A stretch of DNA of 64,000 bases. Source: a virus (taxonomy: Duplodnaviria; Caudoviricetes). Position 1 is the first letter of the stretch; every line of letters begins with the position of its first letter. A program made the position numbers and the translations under genes. The stretch is taken from positions 38,860 through 102,859 of IMG/VR virus record IMGVR_UViG_3300002220_000322; one strand, written 5' to 3'. Shown here piece after piece: positions 54,121-62,806 of this stretch. The notes below the pieces were generated by a model. It did no database searches and was not told where the DNA came from. It saw only the letters and a program-made list of their open reading frames with translations.

Positions 54121-54248
54121 ACTACCAGCTATATTTAATTGCTGGCTTTGTGAGTTATTCAAGTTCTGTTCGTTGTTCATAATTAATCGTAATTTGATAG
54201 TTTAGTATTTCAAAATCAGTAACTAAACATAGCTGCGAAACATTAGCA
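54117..54248 (+). repeat. attC-like element E2 (damaged ends)
   Basis: Arms CAGCTATATTTAATTGCTG / CAGTAACTAAACATAGCTG, ~132 bp. Confidence 0.7.
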
Positions 54249-54255
54249 GAAATGC

Positions 54256-54465
54256 CTAAACAGACACCTTGCCAGTTGCTTCACAATTTTCACATTGCAC
54301 CTGAATTGGGCATTCACCACAACAATCGCCATCGGGGTGTGGGTGTGGCGAGTGGTCAGCATACCAGCCATACCCATCACATTTCGGGCAAGGCACTTCT
54401 GCTAACACGGGTTTTGTGCCATTGGCGGTTTTGTCTTTCAATTCAACTTTTTTGCTCATACTCAA
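54256..54465 (-). CDS. DnaJ-type Zn-finger mini-protein (cassette ORF)
   Basis: CPKCDGYG...CENCEATG; starts inside E3. Confidence 0.65.
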   Translation of the reverse strand: MSMSKKVELKDKTANGTKPVLAEVPCPKCDGYGWYADHSPHPHPDGDCCGECPIQVQCENCEATGKVSV

Positions 54466-54529
54466 TATTTGTTTTTAATTTAACATTTGTGGTTTAAGTC
54501 GCCAACGGACACATAGCCACGAGTTAGCA
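54400..54529 (+). repeat. attC-like element E3
   Basis: TGCTAAC, arms TGTGCCATTGGCG / CGCCAACGGACACA, GTTAGCA; 130 bp. Confidence 0.75.
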
Positions 54530-54745
54530 GCAATTGTCAATCAACTTCTGCAACCCTACTGAATAATCAGACGGCATTGGATACCCACTAAATTTCGCAT
54601 TACAGTATTCAGAACAAGCACCATTACCATGTTCAATGGTTTCTTTGTCCATCTCTTTTTCGCATATCAAACAACTGCTGCTAACAGCAGGTATATTCAA
54701 TTGCGGTTTCTGTGATTTATCCAAGTTTTGTTCTTTATTGTCCAT
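54524..54745 (-). CDS. Cys-rich mini-protein (cassette ORF)
   Basis: CLIC...CSEYC; starts inside E4. Confidence 0.65.
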   Translation of the reverse strand: MDNKEQNLDKSQKPQLNIPAVSSSCLICEKEMDKETIEHGNGACSEYCNAKFSGYPMPSDYSVGLQKLIDNCC

Positions 54746-54810
54746 TTTATTTGAATTTGAAGTTTTGTAATTTTAAGTCCGCAACTAAATATACCTGCGA
54801 ACCGTTATAG
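54679..54810 (+). repeat. attC-like element E4
   Basis: TGCTAAC, arms GCAGGTATATTCAATTGCGG / CCGCAACTAAATATACCTGC, GTTATAG; 132 bp. Confidence 0.8.
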
Positions 54811-54811
54811 G

Positions 54812-55012
54812 TTATTTAAAAGCGACAAAGCCGACAGGAAAGCCGAAGCCAGACGATTTTAAACATTTATAACCTTTTGATTCTGCATGTTTGACAAGAG
54901 AATCAATTTGAGAGGACGATGGATTATCATCTTTCCAAAAAACGACATCTATTTTTTTTGGATTTGACTTTGATTTTTTATCAAATTTTTCTTTTTCAGA
55001 TTTTAAATTCAT
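54812..55012 (-). CDS. cassette ORF, hypothetical
   Basis: Lies between E4 and E5. Confidence 0.55.
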   Translation of the reverse strand: MNLKSEKEKFDKKSKSNPKKIDVVFWKDDNPSSSQIDSLVKHAESKGYKCLKSSGFGFPVGFVAFK

Positions 55013-55050
55013 AATTATTAGATATTTAGATTAATAAAATTGAAAATAAC

Positions 55051-55182
55051 CTATAACACAGTATAGCGGTCAATAAGGGTATTAGTGGTGTTCGGAGCTT
55101 CGCAACCCACAACAACTTTTTTTGCAACCCGACAGCGACACGCCCCGCATCCCTTACATGCCGCTATATCCGTCCGTTGTGC
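55051..55182 (+). repeat. attC-like element E5
   Basis: CTATAAC, arms TATAGCGG..TAAGGG / CCCTTA..CCGCTATA, GTTGTGC; 132 bp. Confidence 0.75.
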
Positions 55183-55200
55183 GTAATGCTATTTATTATT

Positions 55201-55416
55201 TTATTCAAATTGAGAATTATGAACTTTAATAATAGCATCAATAAACTGATCTACGGTATAGAAAGTGTTTACAATTCCAAAAGATCCATAATCAACAAAA
55301 AATCGCTGATTATCAGCATCGTATTCTATCTTATCTATTCCAGAAGATATATTTACATAATTTCGCAAGAACTTATGAAGCAATGTTTTTAACTCTTGAA
55401 TCTCTTTATCATCCAT
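55201..55416 (-). CDS. hypothetical protein
   Basis: ORF abutting E5. Confidence 0.55.
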   Translation of the reverse strand: MDDKEIQELKTLLHKFLRNYVNISSGIDKIEYDADNQRFFVDYGSFGIVNTFYTVDQFIDAIIKVHNSQFE

Positions 55417-55421
55417 AATCT

Positions 55422-56237
55422 TTAATTTTTTATAAATAACTTACTCTGCTCGATTGCTAAAGTAAGGGATAATTCTATTATTTTAAAGACAGGATCGGTT
55501 CTTTTAGTATTAATTACTTTATCACTTTTTAACCACTCTTCCCACTCTTTAATTGTTTTTTGTATACAGCCATATCTTATATGAGAATCGGTTAATGTTA
55601 AGTTATACCCAAAGTTTAAAGTAAATACTTTTCTTGTTGCTTTAGCTTCTCCAGCTATTTCTGCCTCACCGGATACTTCTGCCTCTCCAAATACCTCTGC
55701 ACTACCAGATACAAAAGCACTTTCATATACTAGTGCATATTCATATACTTTTGCATTATAGGCTATGTGAGCATTGCCGTATATTCTAGCGTTTCCATAT
55801 ACTTGAGCATTTCCATATACTTCAGCATTTTGAAATATAACAGCTTTATCAAATATTTTAGAAAAACCATATACAACAACATCTCCACTTAATTCCGCAT
55901 TACCAAATACTTCAGAGTTACCATATACTATAACATTTCCTCGTATTATTGCATTGTCATATATTTTAGCTTTATTTAATATGGATGCCTTATCTTGAAC
56001 TACTGCATTACCACATATTACTGCATTACCATATATTGTAGCATTACCGTACACAATAGCCTCATCAAGTATTAAAGCATAATCGGAAAAATTCGATTCT
56101 TTTTCAGCCCATCCTCCTAAATCTCCTTTTTTATAGTCTAAATAATCTTCTTTAAACCTAACTCTGTATATTATAATGTCATAGTATGTTTTTGAAATAT
56201 TTGTTAATTCTATTATTTTACTTGAAAATGTATTCAT
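55422..56237 (-). CDS. hexapeptide-repeat (beta-helix) protein
   Basis: KGDLGGW.E followed by many VYGNA-type repeats. Confidence 0.85.
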   Translation of the reverse strand: MNTFSSKIIELTNISKTYYDIIIYRVRFKEDYLDYKKGDLGGWAEKESNFSDYALILDEAIVYGNATIYGNAVICGNAVVQDKASILNKAKIYDNAIIRGNVIVYGNSEVFGNAELSGDVVVYGFSKIFDKAVIFQNAEVYGNAQVYGNARIYGNAHIAYNAKVYEYALVYESAFVSGSAEVFGEAEVSGEAEIAGEAKATRKVFTLNFGYNLTLTDSHIRYGCIQKTIKEWEEWLKSDKVINTKRTDPVFKIIELSLTLAIEQSKLFIKN

Positions 56238-56711
56238 TTATTCAATGTTATTTAGAAATTTTTTTAAGGATATATATTTTTCTAGCTCTGATTCTTCAAA
56301 ACTTTTAATTATTTCAGAAGATTTTATATAAATTTGGTTTATAAGAGCTTCTAAAGTATCTCCATAGCAATATAAAATCTTGCTTATAGCAGGATTAACT
56401 AAATAAGAGGTAGGCTTTTCTTCCTCATCAAAGTCATAACAATATCTTTCTTTTACTAGGACTTCTGCAAGAAAACCAAGTTTATCATTATCAATAATAT
56501 CAAAAATTATTTCATCAGTTTTCTTCAAAAAATACTCTGAATTTTTAAAAAAATCAATATCAGTAAATACTTCTTTAAGATCTTCCAAATTTTCAATATC
56601 TTCTATCATGGTTTCTAGTTCATGAGTATCACTAGAAGCAGCTATCCAAATAAGATTAGCTATTTCTATATTATTTTCAAAAAAATAATCAAAAATTTCT
56701 TTATTATTCAT
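56238..56711 (-). CDS. hypothetical protein (intact paralog)
   Basis: ORF; see 53757. Confidence 0.65.
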   Translation of the reverse strand: MNNKEIFDYFFENNIEIANLIWIAASSDTHELETMIEDIENLEDLKEVFTDIDFFKNSEYFLKKTDEIIFDIIDNDKLGFLAEVLVKERYCYDFDEEEKPTSYLVNPAISKILYCYGDTLEALINQIYIKSSEIIKSFEESELEKYISLKKFLNNIE

Positions 56712-56714
56712 TTT

Positions 56715-57101
56715 TTAAAGTTTATAAATTTCCCAATCATAAAAGTATTCTGGGGAAAACCCTCTATTATTATATCCTTTAGGATTTTCTAAATTATCAG
56801 TCACTCCTATATCTCCAAACCTGGAAACCATCCAAACTAATAATTTAGTATCTTTAGGACAAGTATGAGTAGAAATATTATTTTCAACAGGATGTATACC
56901 ATTCCAGGTTGTCATAATAAGATCATTTTTATTTTTAGTATATATTTTAAAATTATACCAAAAATCCATATTAGATAAATCTCTAATTTTTTCTGAAGGA
57001 TATTTGATAGAATAAAGATTATCAAAAGAAACTTCATTAAAACAAATTTTATCTCCAGATTTCATTTGTTTAAGTAAGTCAGTAAAATCTTCATTTCTCA
57101 T
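56715..57101 (-). CDS. hypothetical protein
   Basis: ORF with MVSRFGDIGVT. Confidence 0.6.
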   Translation of the reverse strand: MRNEDFTDLLKQMKSGDKICFNEVSFDNLYSIKYPSEKIRDLSNMDFWYNFKIYTKNKNDLIMTTWNGIHPVENNISTHTCPKDTKLLVWMVSRFGDIGVTDNLENPKGYNNRGFSPEYFYDWEIYKL

Positions 57102-57303
57102 TTAATAATTTTTTAGCTTTATTTATATTACAAATTGTTTTAATAAAAATAAGATCAGATACATTAGTCCAAAAAATTTTTTTTGTTCTTCTAGTATATA
57201 ATCTGGCTTTATCTCCCTTAATTTCAGCTAACACAAATCTCATAGCCTTATGACTTTGCCAAGTGGTATGATAATTACATCCGATGATTATAGGATTATC
57301 CAT
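57091..57303 (-). CDS. hypothetical protein
   Basis: Start overlaps the rtcB stop. Confidence 0.55.
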   Translation of the reverse strand: MDNPIIIGCNYHTTWQSHKAMRFVLAEIKGDKARLYTRRTKKIFWTNVSDLIFIKTICNINKAKKLLNEK

Positions 57304-58487
57304 TAGTGGGCTTTATAATTATACAAAGGTTTAATAGTATCAATGACAATGACTGTATCTTGAATAAGAGATACAATTTCCTCCATAGACTTATAAGCTA
57401 AAGGAGCTTCATCTAAAGTACTTTCTAATACAGAAGTGCTGTAAATACCCTCCATAGAATTTTTAAATTCTTCTAAATTTAAATTTTCTCTAGCTGAAGT
57501 TCTGCTCATCAATCTTCCAGCCCCATGAGGAGCAGAATAATTCCAGTTTTTATTTCCCTTACCAATACATATAAGAGAACCATCTCTCATATTAATTGGA
57601 ATTAAAAGTAATTCTGATTCTTCGGCAGATACTGCTCCTTTTCTAAGAATCATTCTTCTAAAATCAATGTAATTATGAATAGTTTCAAATCTACTAGATT
57701 CTTCCCATTGCATCTCTTCAATAATAATTTTAGCTATAGTTTCTCTATTAAAAGAAGCAAATTTCTGAACAATAGACATATCATTCATATAATTATCAAA
57801 ATCCTTTCCTGTAAGAAAAGCAAATTCTTTATCAGTTGATGAAATTTTAATTTTCTTCAATTCATCATTAATTTCTTTTTGCCTTCCTTCAGATTTAAGT
57901 TTATCAATGAGATTTTTAATCTCCTCATTTGATTTACTAGAATTTTTAAAAGCTAAATTTTGATAATATTGACATACTTCACTTCCCAACTTTCTACTTC
58001 CAGAATGAATAATAAGAAATATATCTTCTGTAGTTTTACTTTTCCCTACTTCAATAAAATGGTTACCTCCACCTAAAGTACCTATAGAAAGAGAGGCTCT
58101 ACTTGCATTTATATGATTTGTACATTTAAGAGAGTTTAAGTCAAAAATATCTTTACTTTTAGTATGTACTTCTTTTCCACTTGGGATTTTATTATTTATA
58201 ATATTATCTAATTTAGAAAAATCTATATCTCGATTTTTTAACTTAATAGTTAACATACCACATCCTATATCTACTCCAACTAAGTTAGGAGTAACTTTAT
58301 CTTTTATAGTCATGGTAGTACCTATAACACATCCTTTGCCAGCATGAGCATCCGGCATAATTCTCACAGTAGAATTTTGATATGCTTCACAATTAATAAG
58401 TTTTTTTATTTGATTAAAAGCTTCTTCTTCAAAGGTTTTTGCAAATATAACTGTTTCTGTTCTTAAATTATTTTTTATAATCTGCAT
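57303..58487 (-). CDS. rtcB: RtcB RNA ligase
   Basis: MPDAHAG, GVDIGCG, GGGNHF, HSGSR, HN, RKGA, HGAGR and DEAP.AYK. Confidence 0.95.
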   Translation of the reverse strand: MQIIKNNLRTETVIFAKTFEEEAFNQIKKLINCEAYQNSTVRIMPDAHAGKGCVIGTTMTIKDKVTPNLVGVDIGCGMLTIKLKNRDIDFSKLDNIINNKIPSGKEVHTKSKDIFDLNSLKCTNHINASRASLSIGTLGGGNHFIEVGKSKTTEDIFLIIHSGSRKLGSEVCQYYQNLAFKNSSKSNEEIKNLIDKLKSEGRQKEINDELKKIKISSTDKEFAFLTGKDFDNYMNDMSIVQKFASFNRETIAKIIIEEMQWEESSRFETIHNYIDFRRMILRKGAVSAEESELLLIPINMRDGSLICIGKGNKNWNYSAPHGAGRLMSRTSARENLNLEEFKNSMEGIYSTSVLESTLDEAPLAYKSMEEIVSLIQDTVIVIDTIKPLYNYKAH

Positions 58488-58502
58488 AATTTAAATTAAA
58501 AA

Positions 58503-58531
58503 AAAATAATCCCACAAAAGTGGGATTATTT
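58503..58531. terminator. intrinsic terminator
   Basis: AAAATAATCCCAC-AAAA-GTGGGATTATTTT. Confidence 0.75.
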
Positions 58532-58538
58532 TAAGATT

Positions 58539-58985
58539 TTATGCATTGAGCAGTTTCTCAAGAGCATCCAATTCCATTTTTCTTTTAAGTTCTGGAGAAA
58601 CAATAGCGTCAACTCTTTCTTCCAGTTTTTTAAGTTCAGCTTTACGTTTAGCTAATTGTAGAATAGATACCCGAGTTTTAAGGTCAGTTGTCCATTCTTC
58701 TACAGTGAAACCTAGCCAAGTAAATACTGCATCAACATTGAGTTCTTGAGCCGATTCTGCATATTTTTGAGAACGTTCTTTCAAAAATGTCAATATTTCT
58801 ACTAACTTTCTTTCATCACGTACTGAAATAATATCTACAGAATTACCCATTGTTTCAGAATACCGAAATTGTCCTCCAGTTATATACTGAGGTCTTTCAG
58901 CATTAGCTACTTCAGCTTTTTTAGCTTGCAGTCTTTCAAAAAGTTGCAATACTTTTTCGTCATGTGTAAGTGTTTCTTCTTTCAT
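58539..58985 (-). CDS. coiled-coil hypothetical protein in the RNA-repair locus
   Basis: ORF directly downstream of the ncRNA array. Confidence 0.7.
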   Translation of the reverse strand: MKEETLTHDEKVLQLFERLQAKKAEVANAERPQYITGGQFRYSETMGNSVDIISVRDERKLVEILTFLKERSQKYAESAQELNVDAVFTWLGFTVEEWTTDLKTRVSILQLAKRKAELKKLEERVDAIVSPELKRKMELDALEKLLNA

Positions 58986-59038
58986 GTTAAAAAATGTTTA
59001 AATTGTTAAAAAAATGTTAATGAATTATAAATAATTCG

Positions 59039-59161
59039 TGAGAGAGCTTGGACTCGAACCAAGAAACCCATTAGGCAGCGGTTTTGGGAAGTAACTTATA
59101 TATAGCCCTAAGGAAAGTATAAAAGAATACACCGCCGTGTTTACCATTTCACCACCCTCTC
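59039..59161 (-). ncRNA. Leu/Ser-type tRNA scaffold whose anticodon loop is replaced by the array motif
   Basis: GAGAGGG/CTCTCTC acceptor, D arm, GCGGT/ACCGC stem, variable arm and T arm. Confidence 0.8.
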
Positions 59162-59164
59162 TTG

Positions 59165-59538
59165 ACGGAAAGTATATCACTAGTATTTTTACCATAAAAT
59201 AAGAAGTAAGTGATATATAGCCGTTTAAGTTGTATTGGAAATTATAATACTAAACGAGGAGGCAATTAAGCCAACAGAAGTAAGTATTATATAGCCAATT
59301 TAAAAGATAAGGAAATTAAATAAGAAAGATCACTCATGTAGAATGATCGGATATCAACCGATTAGAAGTATCTTATTTATAGCCTTATTATGAGATGAGG
59401 TAAATACATTACTAAAACAAATAAAAGGTTTGCTGAGAAGTAAGTAAATGTATAGCCTCATTATATTTTAAAAACCGGAAAGAATATAACTAAGAAAAGA
59501 TAATATAGTCCTTTAGAAGTAAGTTATATATAGCCGGT
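59165..59538 (-). ncRNA. five tandem structured ncRNA repeats (59165-59224, 59234-59299, 59307-59388, 59395-59461, 59474-59538)
   Basis: Conserved GG-CUA / UACUUCU / pyrimidine-rich loop-CC with covarying stems. Confidence 0.8.
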
Positions 59539-59648
59539 AAGATGAAAGATCTTAAAAAAGAGAAGCGTGCTTCTCTTGTGTAATTGTACCAATATTGAGT
59601 AGTTCAAATGATTAAATTAGTACATAGCACACTATATTTAGTTAAAAA

Positions 59649-60044
59649 CTAATTATCAAGTTTTTTATAATCAACACAATATTTTATTGGAGAGTGTCGA
59701 TGTTTCAAAATGCTATTAAATCTAGAATATGTGGGATTTATACAAGTTTCATATGTAAAGATATCACCACTTATATCATGAGATTTTGGTCTTAATTGAA
59801 ATCTATAATAAGCACATGATTCACATAAGTTTAAATAAGGGTTTGTACTTTCGGAGATTAACCAGGGTCTGCGAGTAAGTAATGAAATTTTTTCATCCAA
59901 TATTTCATGAATTTCTTCATCTGATAAAGTATAATAAAGGAAGACTTCATTATATCCAGGAGATTCAATAGACTTAGTATAATCTTTAATGGTTACAAGT
60001 CCACCAAGTTTTTTTAATTTTTTAATTTTATCTTCTATACTCAT
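59649..60044 (-). CDS. hypothetical protein with Cys/His C-terminus
   Basis: ORF. Confidence 0.55.
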   Translation of the reverse strand: MSIEDKIKKLKKLGGLVTIKDYTKSIESPGYNEVFLYYTLSDEEIHEILDEKISLLTRRPWLISESTNPYLNLCESCAYYRFQLRPKSHDISGDIFTYETCINPTYSRFNSILKHRHSPIKYCVDYKKLDN

Positions 60045-60055
60045 AGTAATAATAA

Positions 60056-60077
60056 GGAAGGGGATTACTCCCCTTCC
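60056..60077. terminator. hairpin, possible terminator
   Basis: GGAAGGG..CCCTTCC. Confidence 0.45.
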
Positions 60078-60118
60078 AGGTTTGTTACGATAATGACAGA
60101 AACTTTGATTTAGTTTGG

Positions 60119-60192
60119 AAGGAATTTAGTTAGTGATTTTATTTCCATCACTATCTTTTACTTGTAGTTAGAAGTAACCAACTAATAGCCTT
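60119..60192 (-). ncRNA. sixth copy of the structured motif
   Basis: AAGG-CUA-UUAGUUGGU-UACUUCU...ACUAACUAA-AUU-CCUU. Confidence 0.7.
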
Positions 60193-60214
60193 TTATTCCA
60201 AACGCACAAATATT

Positions 60215-62305
60215 TTAAACTCCTAAATATTTAAGAGTATTAGTATAAGAACCAGAAAAGTCTTCAAATAAGAAATGCACATCAGCGTTTTCTTTTGAGA
60301 CTAATCTACCACGAGCCTCAACATGCCACTTAAGAAGATCATACACAGAAAGTTTAGGATCTTCAATATATTTAACAATCTCTTCCTTAATTTTAGAAGT
60401 ACTGTTATTAAATAAATCAAAGTCTAAATCTAAATGAATATAATCTCCAGTAGTTAAGTCTATAGCAGCCACAAGAGTAAGACGAGAAGAGCCTGTTACT
60501 TTCATTGAATTAGTAATAGTAGAAGGAAGCCAAGTAGAATTAACTTCTGGAAATTCTCTAGACATTATACCTACAACACAGTCTTGAGTATCAGATAATT
60601 TTCCTCCATTAAAATTATGGACAACCATTAAGAGATAATTATATCCACTATCGAGAGTCTTTTTGATATCAATATCAACATACTCAGCACAAGCTCCTCT
60701 GCGATGGCGAACATCTCCAGAATAACACCCTAGATAAGAAGAATGGATACCATTATATCCAAAAGAAACCTTTGAGCCTGTATTAAAGTTCATAAGATAT
60801 CCATGAAGATCAAGGTCTATCATTCCAACTTTATCATACCAATGAACAAAACATCTTATTGTTTTTGCTTCCTTATTAAATAATGGGATACGTTCTCCTC
60901 TTACTATAGGAACAAGAGAATCGTTGAGACTTCTCATATTAGTTGGAAGAGGAATCTTTTTCAGTTTTTCATCAATCCAACAATTTCCAAGTTCTGGAAG
61001 ATCTTTGAACTTACTTTTAATAGTTTCCCAAATTTTATCTTGAATGAGATTAACAAGACTTGAATTAAAAGCAGGTAAATCTGGAAGAGAAGTTCTCTTA
61101 CGAGCCCCTTTAATCATTATAGAACGACCTGTTACAGCATTTCTGCGATTTTCAAAATGAGTAAAAACTTCCAGAAGTACTTTATTAGAAGAATTTTCAA
61201 TGATTTTACTGAAGATATCTAATATCATTTGCTGCATATTACCTCTTGCATTTCTAAGTAGATAATCTAATCTCCTTAAAAATTCTCCAGGTCTTTCTGA
61301 TAATTTATTGAGTCCTTCCGAGAAACTTTTGTTAAAGGCCCGATCAACTTCTCCATACCAAGAAACAACTTTATCATTTCTTAATTTTTGAAAAGCATAA
61401 AAGGCTTTAGGAAATTCTGCATGATAATCCCCAGGATGAAGTTTTTCTCCCAATCTTATCCATCTTTGTGCTTTAAGTTTCATTTCTCTAACGTCACAAT
61501 TAGAAGACTCTAGAAGATAGAGAATATACCTTCTTTCTTTTCGTTTAAAGTTACGAAACTTAAATTTCTCTCTCTCAGTATTATCTACATAAGAGGATCT
61601 CCAACCAAAAGTTTTAATTTTCTTTTTTGGAACTTTAGGAAGAGACACATCTCCTCCAGATAAACCAACCACAATTCTAAGAATATCAGTAGTAGTAAGT
61701 TTAGGTAAAGCTGCGGGAATTTTATTTTCCTGTATAAGTACAGAAAAAATAGTAGATAAATTTTCCTTAAAAGGAATAGTATCCGGAAGAACAAGTTCTT
61801 CATAATTTTTTGCAAACCACTTAAGAACAGACAAATCATTTGGAGTAAGAGACTGTCCAGAAGAAGCTAAAGTAGTAAAAATCTTTTTAAAATCCTCTTC
61901 TGTGCCCGCAGTAATAATTTTATAATTTACATATTCAAATGCTGTTCCTTTTTTATTAGGATATTCTTCAGCAGTAAAGGAACCACCAGATAAATAACCC
62001 ATAATTTGATTTCTCCACAATTCGTACTCTGTCATAGACATAACTTGTTGAGGAAATCCTTTATAAATAGGCTGATAATTCCGAGATCCTCCTGTTATTT
62101 CTTTTAAATAAGAAATAATTTCTTGGTAAAATTCCTTAATGTCAGCTGCATCAGACAAACCTAGTTGTCTAAGAGCCTCTTGATCAAGCATATAACCATA
62201 TTGCATAAGTTCTGCTTGAACTGTCATAGCCATTGCACGATTGTCTATACCAAATTCTGGTACAACAAGTAGTCCTTTTTGGAAAGCGATTACATTTTTA
62301 TTCAT
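60215..62305 (-). CDS. 696-aa protein: helical N-terminal region (putatively Ro/TROVE-like) plus C-terminal TerD-like domain
   Basis: IPFKENL, TDILR, RPGEFLRRLD.LLR; C-terminal IDLDLH..YSGD..AEYVDID..V.NF.G resembles TerD. Confidence 0.6.
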   Translation of the reverse strand: MNKNVIAFQKGLLVVPEFGIDNRAMAMTVQAELMQYGYMLDQEALRQLGLSDAADIKEFYQEIISYLKEITGGSRNYQPIYKGFPQQVMSMTEYELWRNQIMGYLSGGSFTAEEYPNKKGTAFEYVNYKIITAGTEEDFKKIFTTLASSGQSLTPNDLSVLKWFAKNYEELVLPDTIPFKENLSTIFSVLIQENKIPAALPKLTTTDILRIVVGLSGGDVSLPKVPKKKIKTFGWRSSYVDNTEREKFKFRNFKRKERRYILYLLESSNCDVREMKLKAQRWIRLGEKLHPGDYHAEFPKAFYAFQKLRNDKVVSWYGEVDRAFNKSFSEGLNKLSERPGEFLRRLDYLLRNARGNMQQMILDIFSKIIENSSNKVLLEVFTHFENRRNAVTGRSIMIKGARKRTSLPDLPAFNSSLVNLIQDKIWETIKSKFKDLPELGNCWIDEKLKKIPLPTNMRSLNDSLVPIVRGERIPLFNKEAKTIRCFVHWYDKVGMIDLDLHGYLMNFNTGSKVSFGYNGIHSSYLGCYSGDVRHRRGACAEYVDIDIKKTLDSGYNYLLMVVHNFNGGKLSDTQDCVVGIMSREFPEVNSTWLPSTITNSMKVTGSSRLTLVAAIDLTTGDYIHLDLDFDLFNNSTSKIKEEIVKYIEDPKLSVYDLLKWHVEARGRLVSKENADVHFLFEDFSGSYTNTLKYLGV

Positions 62306-62325
62306 TTTTAAAAGTTTAAAGTTTG

Positions 62326-62391
62326 TTGGAATAGAGAGGATCGAACTCTCGAAAGAAATAGCTACTTTCTAACTTGCCTATCAATATTCCA
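62326..62391 (-). ncRNA. 66-nt D-armless tRNA-like RNA
   Basis: TGGAATA/TATTCCA acceptor, AGAAA/TTTCT stem with 7-nt loop, GAGAG-TTCGATC-CTCTC T arm. Confidence 0.6.
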
Positions 62392-62547
62392 GAGATGAGA
62401 GTTCTCACCAGTAGTTTTAGTCTCAAAACTTACAAAATAATACCCCCTGTAAAGGACAGAGGCGTACCTACTTTTTTTATTAAAAAATCAAAAATCAACC
62501 TACCTTTAACGCTGTAGGTGCCACGAAATAGTCTCTCAAACTATTTG

Positions 62548-62618
62548 AACTCTGGGAAAGAATCGAACTTTCATCTCCTAATTACCAATTAGGGCTCTAG
62601 CCATTAAGCTACCAGAGT
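62548..62618 (-). tRNA. tRNA-Thr(GGU)
   Basis: Cloverleaf; CCTAA-TT GGT AA-TTAGG. Confidence 0.8.
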
Positions 62619-62623
62619 TGTTT

Positions 62624-62806
62624 TCATATGTTTCCTGCCTTTCTTACCTTTTTAGGATTTTTAATTTTAACAGTGGAAAGAATTTTAGTTACTCCCACAA
62701 TGTGGGCTTTTAATGTATTACGTGCATTTTCAGCAGCAACATCACAAATAGTAGTACTTCGAGTTTCTCCTTGTACCGTTTCGTATGTAATTAAATATTG
62801 ATTCAT
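62624..62806 (-). CDS. hypothetical protein
   Basis: ORF. Confidence 0.5.
   Translation of the reverse strand: MNQYLITYETVQGETRSTTICDVAAENARNTLKAHIVGVTKILSTVKIKNPKKVRKAGNI

Noticed and set aside
59165-59538. CRISPR array or terminator series
   Set aside because: Units are not identical direct repeats; conservation is in the loops with covarying stems. No cas genes and no consistent U-tails.
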